Positions 24,871 to 36,027 of a stretch of 64,000 nt of DNA are shown here, one piece after another. The translations under genes were made by a program, and so were the position numbers. The stretch spans positions 3,038,001 through 3,102,000 of the forward strand of contig OZ024750.1 of NCBI GenBank assembly GCA_964016885.1, given 5' to 3'. Under the pieces are notes generated by a model, which was given only the letters and a program-made list of their open reading frames with translations, searched no databases and was not told where the DNA came from. Positions within the stretch are counted from its first letter, which is position 1, and each line of letters starts with the position of its first letter. The DNA comes from Eledone cirrhosa. Taxonomy: Eukaryota.

Positions 24871-25115
24871 TAATGGCTCCACTAAAAATAGTGGAACTCA
24901 TCTGCTTTAGTGGAACTAAACTCACATGTAGAGTGGACTGCACAGGTTTCCATTCCATGCAGTACTTGGCATCAAACTGTGCATGTCAGATATCACCTTT
25001 CTGACAATATAAGTAGTACCATGTCACCTGCAAATTCCAGCCAACTGATCCGACACCCTGCAGTCTTGAAACCATTTCCAACCTGGCTACACATCTCAAT
25101 CCTGTTCATAAAGAT

Positions 25116-25627
25116 TGGTTTCTGATTTAAGCACAAGGCTGACAATTTTGGGGAAGGGGAAAGTCGATTAAATCGACCCCAGTGCATTACTGGTACTTTA
25201 TTTTATCGACCCCGTAAGGATGAAAGGCAAAGTCAACCGTGGCAAGATTTGAACTCAAATTGTAAAGGGCCGTAACTCTTCGATAAAGCAGGTTATCCGA
25301 CATTCCACCAACACTGCCAATCTACCTCCCTCATGAATATTAGGAACAGGTGAGAAGAAGGAGGAGGAAGAAGAAGAAAGATAGGTTCATTTTTACAATT
25401 CTAGTTAAAAGTTTAAAATTTCCACAAGAATTAGAATTATAATTGTTTCTACTTTTGGCACAAGGCCGGCAATTACTCAGTACATTACTAGTACTGTATT
25501 TTATCAACCCCGTAAGGATAAAAGGCAAAGTTAACCCCGGCGGGATTTGAACTCAGATCATAAAGGGACGTAACTCTATGCTGCAAAGCATGGCGTCCGA
25601 CCCTCTACCGATACTGCCAATCCACCA
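25116..25627 (-). mobile_element. Two adjacent tRNA-derived SINEs (25116-25330 and 25441-25627)
   Basis: Both show GCACAAGGC..., TTTATCGACCCCGTAAGGATGAAAGGCAAAG, GATTTGAACTC and CTGCCAATC. Confidence 0.88.
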
Positions 25628-25834
25628 ATTATAATGAAATATAGTTTTAGGATAGAAATGTCCTGATTACAGGAAATGACAAAAATAATATAGGAAATAT
25701 AAAATAGATAAATTCTATAAAAAGATCTTGTTGAGAGACTGCCAGCGGAATCAGTTCAACATTTTACTTCTTCCTAAACATCTGTTAAACCTATAAAAAA
25801 TACAGTTGTGGTCGTTTTGGTATCACAACAAAAG

Positions 25835-26133
25835 TGTCCAGTCTACCTTGTAAAGTGGTTGTGTTGGTGTGTCATGACAAAAAGCACCCAGTCCACCCTG
25901 TGAAGTAGATCATTTTGATGCCAAGACAAAAAGCACAGTCCACACTGTAAATGTGGTTGGCATTAGGAAGGGCATCCAGCTGTAGAAACCAACCAGAAAC
26001 AGTTCGGTATGAGCAAGACATGGTCATCTGATCTGATTTGTCTCGCAATGGGACAATCCATCTAACCCATCATAACGTGGAAAAATGGAAGTTAAATGGT
26101 GGTGATGATGATGATGATAATGATGATGATGAT
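25835..26133 (+). mobile_element. RTE-tail non-autonomous element
   Basis: GGTTGGCATTAGGAAGGGCATCCAGCTGTAGAAACC...AACCCATC...GTGGAAAAATGGAAGTTAAA(TGA)n, preceded by two diverged ~48-bp units. Confidence 0.8.
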
Positions 26134-26874
26134 TTGTGATATGAAAATATAATTTTCCAAGTAATAGTCATCACCAAAAGGTAACTAAAGTTAATTCCAT
26201 ATCAGTCTTAACAATATAAATATGCTGAATAGATAGATATGAAAGTATATGAAAATGATGTTTAGCTGAGCTGAAAAACTACTAGAGATGCTGCAGTAAT
26301 TAATGAAGCTCTTAATATAACCTGTTAAATATCTCCAAGAAATGTAAAATATAGGCTATGAGAATCTCGTGAAATCACAAGTTTTTCTAAGTGGGCAGCA
26401 AATAAAAGAACTGTATGCATTGCAAAGACGTAATCTTCAGCTATAAAAATAATTCAATACTTTCCATTCTTTCATATCAGACAAACTAGGAGATAATTGA
26501 ATAACGATTTTCTTCTAAAAATTGATTGCAAGCAATGGTTATAGGAAAAACTGCTTGGAAAATAATGGTCCAAAAATATTGAATGCTCTATCAGTAGATT
26601 TCATAAAGTTTTGATCTACTTGAGACACCAACAACAAAAAATATCGTTTCGTTTCTCTTCAAGGATGTTATTTTCTTGAATCAAAAATAATTTGCTTTCT
26701 CCTTATGGAACTAAACCTCATTCTGGAACTACTAATTGGTTAAAATATAAGTCGTACACTGCAAATGTTTTTTCTTTAATGTCACAAATGAACATCAACC
26801 AAATAACTTAGACAAGTGTGGTGACTTTAGAAACTTTGTTACAGTTGAAACAACAAATTGTCTACACCACCTTT

Positions 26875-27120
26875 ACACTGTAAAGTTACGTTGGTTTCAC
26901 GATAAAAACCATCCAGCCCACACTGTAAAGTGGTTGTGTAGGTGTCACAACAAAAAGCACCCAGACCACACTGTAAAGTGGTCATGCAGGTGTCACAACA
27001 AAAAGCATCCAGTCCACACTGTAAAGTGGTCATGTAGGTGTCACAACAAAAAGCATCCAGTCCACACTGTAAAGTGGTCATGTAGGTGTCACAACAAAGA
27101 GCACCTAGACCACACTGTAA
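26875..27120. repeat. 48-bp minisatellite
   Basis: About 5 units of CACTGTAAAGTGGTCATGTAGGTGTCACAACAAAAAGCATCCAGTCCA. Confidence 0.9.
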
Positions 27121-27915
27121 GCCACACGGTAAATTTTAACTAGTTATCACATTTATAATATTTATGCCAAAGTTAGTCATGTTAAAATTACTAATCTTGC
27201 GTCAACCAAACACTTTAGTTTCTTTCTTTACATATATAAGGAGGTTGACTTACATTTGAGTATATACGGTAGTTCCTACAACAAATACCAATACTAACAA
27301 CAATAAAAATCATCTTAAGACCATTTTCTATAGCAGGGGCTATTTGTTTTGTGAACTACATGGCAGAGCTTGTTCATTTTTACCGGTTTGTTTGCATCTC
27401 CTTTCATTAACCCCCTGGCTTTCATTTAATCCTGCATCTTTTGCCATGACTTTCTTGGTCTTTCCCTTCTACTTCCTTTCCTTCCAATATTTATTTTTTC
27501 TCACCCCTCTCACCCATCTTCAACATACGACCCAACCAATTCTTTCCATTTCTTGTTGCCTCAAAAATTATTCCAACAAATATTAATATTGAAAATAATA
27601 AAAGAGGACTTGATGATAATTCAGAGAAAAATTGGAAAATGTTCTGGTCATCATTTTAGGAGTTTTATTCCCAAATATTTATATGATAAGGAGAATGGCC
27701 ACCAGTCTTTGAGGATGTAAACATTTTCAGAGAATCTGTCTTTGTAAAACTTGGCCAGTACTAGACCATCAAAAGATGCAGTTAAACTGTATTCCTGATC
27801 AAGTTGTAGAAGTGAGTCATATTTGTTTGACATTTCACAGTAGATAATAATATTAAAAAAATAAACCAAATTACTCTTCTATGATGTATACATACACATG
27901 CCTGTATACACACAT

Positions 27916-27950
<35 letters not shown>

Positions 27951-28117
27951 AAATAAGGGTTTAGATCAAAATCCAGTGATTCTGATCTTGTTTACAATTT
28001 GCTCAACAAATTCGTTTGGAACATATACAAAGGAGTAATTTTAATACATCCCAGCCAAAATCTATATATATATATATATAATATAAGATCAAAAGATGGT
28101 TAAAGGAGTTCCATATA

Positions 28118-28184
28118 TTTTATTATGCGCATTTCAAAAACAAACATCATCAAGCAATAATATTTGTGTTTTCATCAGATAAAA
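28118..28184 (-). ncRNA. Minimal type I hammerhead ribozyme motif (minus copy)
   Basis: Mirror of the plus copy, with one mismatch in stem II. Confidence 0.7.
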
Positions 28185-28245
28185 CAGGAGATTTAAAACT
28201 GAACTATCCACAAGTGTTTTTTAGCCTTCATATCATGTTCTCCTG

Positions 28246-28312
28246 TTTTATCTGATGAAAAGACAAATATTATTGCTTGATGATGTTTGTTTTTGAAATG
28301 CGCATAATAAAA
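28246..28312 (+). ncRNA. Minimal type I hammerhead ribozyme motif (Penelope/retrozyme type)
   Basis: TTTTAT-CTGATGA-[AAAGACAAATAT...ATGTTTGTTTTT stem II]-GAAA-TGCGCA-TA-ATAAAA: complete core, 6-bp stem I, palindromic stem III. Confidence 0.78.
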
Positions 28313-28434
28313 TATATGGAACTCCTTTAACCATCTTTTGATCTTATATTATGCATACTCCAGTCCCACAAACTGTAGAGTGCTTCTTATCCGATATCTG
28401 CATTGCTTTATTGTACTACAATAAAACTCACCTC

Positions 28435-28467
<33 letters not shown>

Positions 28468-30131
28468 ATATAGAAAAGGATTCTACAGGACTAGAACTAT
28501 TTCATTCGGGAGAAATCACCAGGAAGCCGACTGTCCAAGTAATATGGTGGTAGGAGAGGGTGTGGATTGGGATGGGGGGAGGTCATTGGTTGATGGGTTT
28601 AAAGAAAAGGGAATTCTTTAAAAGCTATATTTAGAGTAACAAAGGCAGAAAGAATTCTTAGAGTTTGATTGACAAGATCCCAGGCTTTATTTGCCAAATC
28701 AGAACAAGCAAATAACGTTTCCATTGGTCTTTCCATTGCTGATATTATTTGCCACAGTCGCAAGTCCTGAATAAAATATGGCAGCTGCATATATGTTTAG
28801 CTTTGCTGGCTCAGTCACAGTTTTATATGAGAAAATGTTTTAATAACTATCTAACATTACTCCACATATGTTAGATGGGCTTACATAGTTTCTGTTTATC
28901 ATGTTAGAAGACACTTGCTTAAGAAGCTGAATAGTGGGATTGAACCTAAAAACACACATTTGTACCACACAGCCAACAACAATTCATTTTGGTCATTTGT
29001 AAAGAATCTAATATTGCCAAAAGATATGTTGATACATTTTTTTTTCTTTTCTCAAATCAAATTTCTAAAACTATTTCTAAATTATCCAAAACAGAAATTT
29101 GCCTGGAGATCAATTTTCAAATTCATGCAATTATGGGTTCAGCTAAAGTAAAAACAAATAAAATAAATTAAACCCCACTATAAAAAAATATATATATATA
29201 GAAAATATTGTATTTTGAAATCTCTAAGTTGAACATTTCCTTAAAATTTTGTTTTGGTAAGTACTGGTAAAAATTTAACAAAATAAGACTGTCCTATTAT
29301 ATTGTCTGTATTTTGAACTTTTCATAAATATTTCCAATATAAGCAGTGTATATTAAAGAAAAAAAATAACAGATAGGAGATTGTTTAATCCTGATGAAAT
29401 CTATATTTTTACTTGAAATTAATAAAAATTGATTCACAGTATGTATGTCCGATTATATTCTATGTCTTTTGAAGAGTAAAGAGCTATTATAAGCAGAAAA
29501 TGCCATTCCTTTGCTAAAATAAAATCTCATATGGGGGGTTTTTTTTTGGTGTGCATAAATGTGTCAGATTATTAAAGTCTACAATAAGCCAAAATTGTTG
29601 ATAGAAAACATGAATAAGTAATGATTTTAAGAACAATGTTTCCTGAGGGACATAACAGAATTTCTATAACTGTCATTCCTAAGTTGCTAATTTTGTTTTC
29701 TATTAATAGCTTTTACATACAATATGAATCGATTTTATTAATTTTAAGTAAAAATATAGATTTCATTGGAGCTAAACCTTTTAGCATCTCTTATTTTTTC
29801 CTTTAAATATAAATTGCTTATATTTGAAATCATCACAGTCATCATCATCACAGTTTAATGTCCATTTTCCTTGCTAGCATGGGTTAGACAAGTCAGATCA
29901 GATGACAGTCCATTGCTCACACAGAACCGTTTCCGGCTTGGTTTCTACAGTTGGATGCCCCTCCTAACACCAACCATATTTACAGTGTGGACTGGGAACC
30001 TTTTGAAATATTTATGAAAAAGTAAGGTTTTAGATCAGAAAAATGGGAAATTGTTGAGTAAGGTAGAAAATTATTTTAATGGAGCAGAAACTTTGCAGGA
30101 CACCAACAGGTAGAACAATGCTACTAAGGAA

Positions 30132-30315
30132 TGGATTGGTAGTATCGGTAGAGGGTTGGACGCCATCCTTTGATGCATAGAGTTACGGCCCTTGCCATTC
30201 TGAGTTCAAATCCCGCCGAGGTTAACTCCTTTCATCCTTATGGGGGTCGATAAAATAAAGTACCAGTAATGCACTGGGTAATTGCTGGCCTTGTGCCAAA
30301 AGTAGAAACAATTAT
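30132..30315 (+). mobile_element. tRNA-derived SINE
   Basis: Matches the 15445 copy; further copies at about 12451, 33692, 35028(-), 39164, 54119, 58515(-), 59220(-), 60382 and 62690(-). Confidence 0.88.
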
Positions 30316-30459
30316 TAATTCCATTGGCAGAATTGGTAGAGTATAGGATTTCCATACCATTTCTTCCTAACATGTTTCTCATATTATTTACTTAATTGTT
30401 TCTTCTGAAATCAAAGGTTTTCAATGTTTGGTTTTGATCTTCACATGTTTAACACACAT

Positions 30460-30520
<61 letters not shown>

Positions 30521-30619
30521 GCTTGTAATGAAAAAAAGATAAAGTCCTCAGTACATAGTTTACATCCTTATAGTACATCAAACAACTATCTGAATGAGCA
30601 GGTCATCTCTCTCTCTTCT

Positions 30620-30880
30620 TTTTCTCACTTATTCCTGGGAGGGTGATGGAAGCCCTCAGCCATGCCTTCCAGGGGTTCCTATGAGAAGTGACACCAACAG
30701 ACCTCATGAAATATACCCAAACATCGTGATCTACTTCTAAGTCTCTTGCCAGTAAAATCTGTCCACATGTCTGTAACACTGGAACTGTGATCTCTTTATT
30801 TGGAGAAGTAGCTCTGATCTCCGAGCTATACACTCTACCGAGTAATGTTACTCCAAAGATCCTTCTCATTCTTTCAATCA
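30620..30880 (-). mobile_element. Decayed RTE-clade (Rex3/Expander-like) LINE 3' fragment
   Basis: RRIFGVTLLGRVYSSEIR motif; 3' part homologous to 47710-47950. Confidence 0.6.
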
Positions 30881-31181
30881 TTACCTATAGGTAAAGGTAG
30901 GCAGGAAGACTGGTTTGAAGATAGCAAGTTTGGCCTTTACACCTCCCTCCCTTCTTCTGGTGACTGAGTGCTGAAGCTCTCTGCTAAGGTTAAATGATTA
31001 ATATCAAATTTGAACCTCAGAATGTTTTCTCAACAAAATATAGACAAGTAGTTTCAGAAGAAAGAACGATATGCCAAGCACTTAGCATCGTGTTTATATA
31101 TAGTTATAGATACAATTTAAAACACTGCAGTGAATGAAACTGGCTTCTTTCAAGGATACATGTCTATAATGTGTTGTAGGT

Positions 31182-31501
31182 CAGGGCCGGATTTAATGGG
31201 AGGGGCAAAACGGGCAATTGCCCTGGGCCTCCCTCTAGTGCTCCCACCACTTCCACTACCAGTGATGGTCGTAGCAATAGATTTGTGCCATCAGCTGGGT
31301 TTTTTAGTTTTAGGATGGTTAAGATTTGTTTAATTTAATACCTCCATGTATAACTTTTCAATTCCAATTATTTTGATACGCCAAGCTGACTTTGATATGT
31401 AAAATTGGGGAGGGGGCTGTGTATTCTAATTTGTTTGTGTATGAGGGGTCCTCCACCAAACCTGAAGTGCCCTGGGACCCCATGGTCTAAATCCAACCCC
31501 G
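31182..31501. mobile_element. hAT-type MITE
   Basis: TIR CAGGGCCGGATTTA / TAAATCCAACCCCG; imperfect 8-bp TSD TTGTAGGT / TTACAGGT. Confidence 0.7.
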
Positions 31502-32399
31502 TTACAGGTGCACTGACTGTCACAGATGTGTTAGTAGTACTCAACTATAGTGCCTCCATGTGCTACGAAATAAAAGGGGACACAGCTAACGGTTCAAAAT
31601 GGAGACATTTTCTGTCCCTGTAAAAGAATCCTAGCTTTTGTGGAGTAGTTTTTTTTTGTTTTTTTGTTTTTTTTGCAATGTTATAAATTTACAGGAGAGG
31701 CCATTAGTGATTGCAACGAGCTAGCTTTTATTTTATTTTTATTAAGGGAGTGATGGTAAGCTAATGTGAGATGATGATGTTATTAATGAGAGGTGAAGAA
31801 AATTGTTAACGATTCACGTAGGGACTAATTAAAAAAAAAATACCATACTAATGTTGCACAGATTTACACAAATTAGTTTGATTAATGTACAGCGATGATA
31901 TGGAAGATACAGCGAGAAGATAAAATTACTTTTCTGAGGCAAAATCAGCTTAATAACAACAACATTATTATTATTATTATCATTTTTTTCTTTAGTTTTC
32001 AATGGTTGACTTGGAAGGCATAATAGATTAATGTTTCTGATTCTGAGAATCTTTAGCACCTCTTACGTAAAGTTTGTTAACAGACAACTCATCATAAAAA
32101 AAAAAAAAAAAAAAAAACCACACAGCCCTGACAAAAACCATATGGAAACTATCAAAATAGTATTATATAAACAAATTAATACTTCAAAAAGAACTAATGT
32201 AACTTACAACAAAGCAAAACAAAAACTGAGAGGTTCAAAAGGAAGTCAGAAAGGTGCGTTGCCTATAAGTTGCTGAATATAGGACCAAGAAACTGCTAGT
32301 ATGTTACACCATAGAGGAAAATAACAACCAGATTTTAAAAGCACCCCTAAGTATGAAAAGAGATAAAACACTAGAATAGATATTCAATAAAATAGATTG

Positions 32400-32503
32400 A
32401 TGCAAGACATTGGTGCAAAATATTGGTGCAAGATATTGGTGCAAGATATTGGTGCAAGATATTGGTGCAAAATATTGGTGCAAAATATTGGTGCAAAATA
32501 TTG
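32400..32503. repeat. 13-bp minisatellite
   Basis: About 8 units of TATTGGTGCAA(G/A)A. Confidence 0.92.
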
Positions 32504-33467
32504 TTTTAAAATATTAGTAGCCTTCGAAATATTAAATGTCAAATTATTTCACCATATTGGGCAGAGCAATATTTATCAAGGTGGTGCTCCAGCATGACTG
32601 CAATCTAAAGACTGAAACCAGTAAAAGACAATAAAAGAAAAGACAAAATAGTAATGTACTAAAATATTTAAATGATAAATGAAATATAGATGATGAGGCA
32701 GCGAATATTAATAAAATGAATATCAGAGATTTCCAAATTAAATTCATGTTGAATTATTTTATTTCAAAATACTCAGATATATTTCTAGGATAAAATTACA
32801 TAAAAATAATAAAGAATTTAATATTTAGTAAAACAGAGAAGAAGAAAGTAGCATTGGAAAGGACTATAAATGTTATGAGAGGTAAAGGGAAAAGACTATT
32901 AGGCAATGAAAGAAAGGAGGAAGAGGAGAGGGTGACAGACTCTACACCTAAGACAGAGCGGTGTTTAAGCTGCACCCTGCAGACAAAATGGCAAAGGGAT
33001 TTCTGCAGACAATGGCCAGCAACACCCACTGGAACATCCCCCACCCCCCTGGCAGGGCTCCTTCCTCAGACAGTCTGCTGTCATTCCAATTAAATTCAAG
33101 TAAAATAAAAAGACAATTTACTGAGAATAAAGTGTGCCAAAACAAGCTGCTAGGAGTGAAGAGTGAGAAGACAAGTTAGATGTTTATGAGATGAAAATAG
33201 ATGAAGTATACTAAGGATAAAAAACAAAATGCATATGTGTAATGTAAGGATTACCTCTACCCAAAATAGAGGAAAGCAAAGATCTAGAAGATAGAGATGA
33301 TTTACATATTAGGGTTAACAAAAAAAAAATAATAATAACTACAAATAGATACAGGTTTATTTAATGCAAGTACCAAAAGGTAGAATATGTGGGTTATAAT
33401 CTGCTATATAGTATATGCAGTATGAAGTCAGTTTCTATTGGATTTGAACATATTTTGTTAATAGAAT

Positions 33468-33685
33468 TTAACCTGTTTGATACCAACCTACCCGAGACTG
33501 CTCTTGTTTCTAGGATTTAAAAAAAAATCCTCTCATTTTAAAGTGTACCTATTTAAATTTAAAATCTCCCATAATTTTATTTAGAACTTTTTTTGAAGTT
33601 ATGTTCCAAGTACAACCTTAATAAGAAAATTATTTTAGTAAATCCTTTGAAATTCTTGTTAGAAATATAATCAGAGAAAGGTTAA
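33468..33685 (+). mobile_element. piggyBac-type MITE family B
   Basis: TTAA-CCTGTTTGATACCAAC ... GAAAGG-TTAA; related copies near 5226, 6682, 24351 and 60650-61014. Confidence 0.7.
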
Positions 33686-34772
33686 ACTTTATGGCAGTAT
33701 CGGTAGAGTGTCAGACACCATGCTTTACAGCATACAGTTATGGCCCTTTACGTTCTGAGTTCAAATCCAGCTGAGGTTAACTTTGCCTTTCATCCTTATG
33801 GGGTCGATAAAATAAAGTACCAGTAATGTACTGGGATAATTGCTGGCCTTGTGCCAAAAGCAGAAACAATTATTTTTAAAATTATAATTTAAAGCAGAAA
33901 ATACCCACGAATTGATATAAATTTTAATGAAATATCATCACCATCATTGCAATGATACACACATGATTAACGCACAGACACACACACATGATATACACAC
34001 ACACATGCATGGTATTCAAATTGCTTATTTATATAGTACAATCCAACCAAGGTTATTATTCTGAATAAATATTATCTATTGGTTAATTAACAATAAAAAC
34101 ATAATTACATAATTATATGTTAGATGAAACTTATTAAATTTGTTACATTAGTCATTCTTAATGTTTTCTTTACCAATAACCATTTCTGTCAATATTATTT
34201 AGATAATATAGTCAAGAATGAAATACATTGGAGTGGGTGTACTAAAAGAACATTTATTTTATGAAAGAAACCATAAAAAACAACAACAAAACAATGGTTG
34301 GTAGGAAAATATTTCAATGTAATTAAAATTATATATGCAAATGTTTAATATTTCTCTTAAATGGTTTAATGGAAATAAGTCATCACAAAAATTGTAAATT
34401 TACTTTTCTAAATATTTTGTTAAATTCAATTGATTTTGTTTGGAAGATGCCTTCAAGATAGAATATATTTTAAAAAATTTAATTTTTCTACATTCAGTAA
34501 AAATGTTAATTTTCAGTATAACAAAGAATTATGAAGTTAGTTTAATTTCAACTGCAGATAAAATGATACCAAATATCTAGGTTTTAAAAACGGTGCAGAA
34601 TATAGTGGCACTCCACAATGACGAGTGTTCCAGTTGATCCAAATCAATGGAATAGTGGCTGAGCATTCCACAGTCACAAATACTCATACACCATTCTTCT
34701 AAAGACAACTCGGTTAAATGAACAGAACACCTTTTCCACACCAAAAAACTGCTGCTATGTAAATCAGTTACA

Positions 34773-34999
34773 TTAACCCAGTAACATTTAAACCGGCCGT
34801 ATCTGGCCAGAATTTTCTCCCCTTTTCCAGTTCAAATCAGCAGTAACCAGCTGCTCATACTGACGTTAAAGTATTGTTCTCAAAATAAATAATATCAAAA
34901 TTTCATAGATTCGATATTATGTGAGATAATTGTCAGGTAAAGCATTTACTGTGAAAATACAATAGTAAATATAGAGTAATGTAAGTACTAAAGGGTTAA
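34773..34999 (+). mobile_element. piggyBac-type MITE family A
   Basis: TTAA-CCC ... AAAGGG-TTAA with family body; another copy at 38020-38239. Confidence 0.85.
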
Positions 35000-35669
35000 T
35001 AATTATCTGGTGTTGAACTGAAGAAAATAATTGTTTCTACTTTTGGCACAAGGCCAGCAATTACCCAGTTCATTACTGATACTTTATTTTATCGACCCCA
35101 TAAGGATGAAAGGCAAAGTTAACCTCGACAGGATTTGAACTCAGACCGTAAAGGGGTGTAACTATGCTAGAAAGCATGGCGTCCAATAATTCTCTCAAGA
35201 AATATATAATAAATTGAAGACTTGTACCATAGAAGCTACTACCAAATATCTAATAAAGGAAAAAGAAAAATGGAGCTGACATAATATTTTTCAACAGAAG
35301 GCAAATGATAGCTTGTTGATAAGTAGGGGAAAATGGGCCAAAATAAACAATGTTTTATCATGATGAGGAAGCTTCGTGTTTAAATAATTCTAACTCTCGC
35401 CTGTAAACTTAAAGGTTTCTAAAAGATAGAAAGATAGAAAAGAAAATGAGAGAAACAGATGAGTGAAGAACAAATTAGTCTACTACTATCTTTCTTTCTT
35501 TCTTTGTTATGACAGCTTAATTAGGAGCGAAATAATTAAAATATGAGTCGAACTGTTTTGAAATAGTTTACTTCTGTTTTTTAATATTTTATAGAGAATA
35601 AATGGTGAAGGATTGCAACAAAAAAAAAAAAATAACTGAAAAGAGAAATAGACAAAGATACAAAGATTG

Positions 35670-36027
35670 TCATCATCATTTCCAGCACCACCCACCACCT
35701 CCTCCTGCACCAGCACCAGCACCACCACCACCACCAGCACTACTGCCACCTCCCCCACCACCACCACCTCCACTGCCACCTCCCCCCCACCACCAGCACT
35801 ACCTCCTCCACCACCACCACCACTACCAGCACTACCACCACCTCCACCTCTACCACCAGCACTACTGCCACCTCCCCCACCACCAACACTACCACCACCT
35901 CCACCAGCACCACCACCACCTCCACCAGCATCAGCACTACCACCACCTCTACCAGCACACCCACCACCTCCACCACCACTGCCACCACCAACTCAACCCA
36001 CAACATCATCATCATCATCATCACCAT
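35670..36027. repeat. (CCA)n-derived low-complexity repeat ending in a (CAT)n RTE tail
   Basis: Direct. Confidence 0.92.

Larger units (their letters stand above)
28078..28352. repeat. 114-bp near-perfect inverted repeat with a 47-nt spacer
   Basis: Arms 28078-28191 and 28239-28352 with one mismatch (28168 vs 28262). Confidence 0.95.

Noticed and set aside
28599-28790. Minus-strand ORF after a good acceptor (DLRLWQIISAMERPMETLFACSDLANKAWDLV...)
   Set aside because: No donor and no recognisable family; it sits beside TE-like modules and is not supportable as an exon
29390-29432. CTGATGA...GAAATTAATA hammerhead-like spacing (similar cases at about 12131 and 48170)
   Set aside because: Stems I and II do not pair; expected by chance in AT-rich DNA
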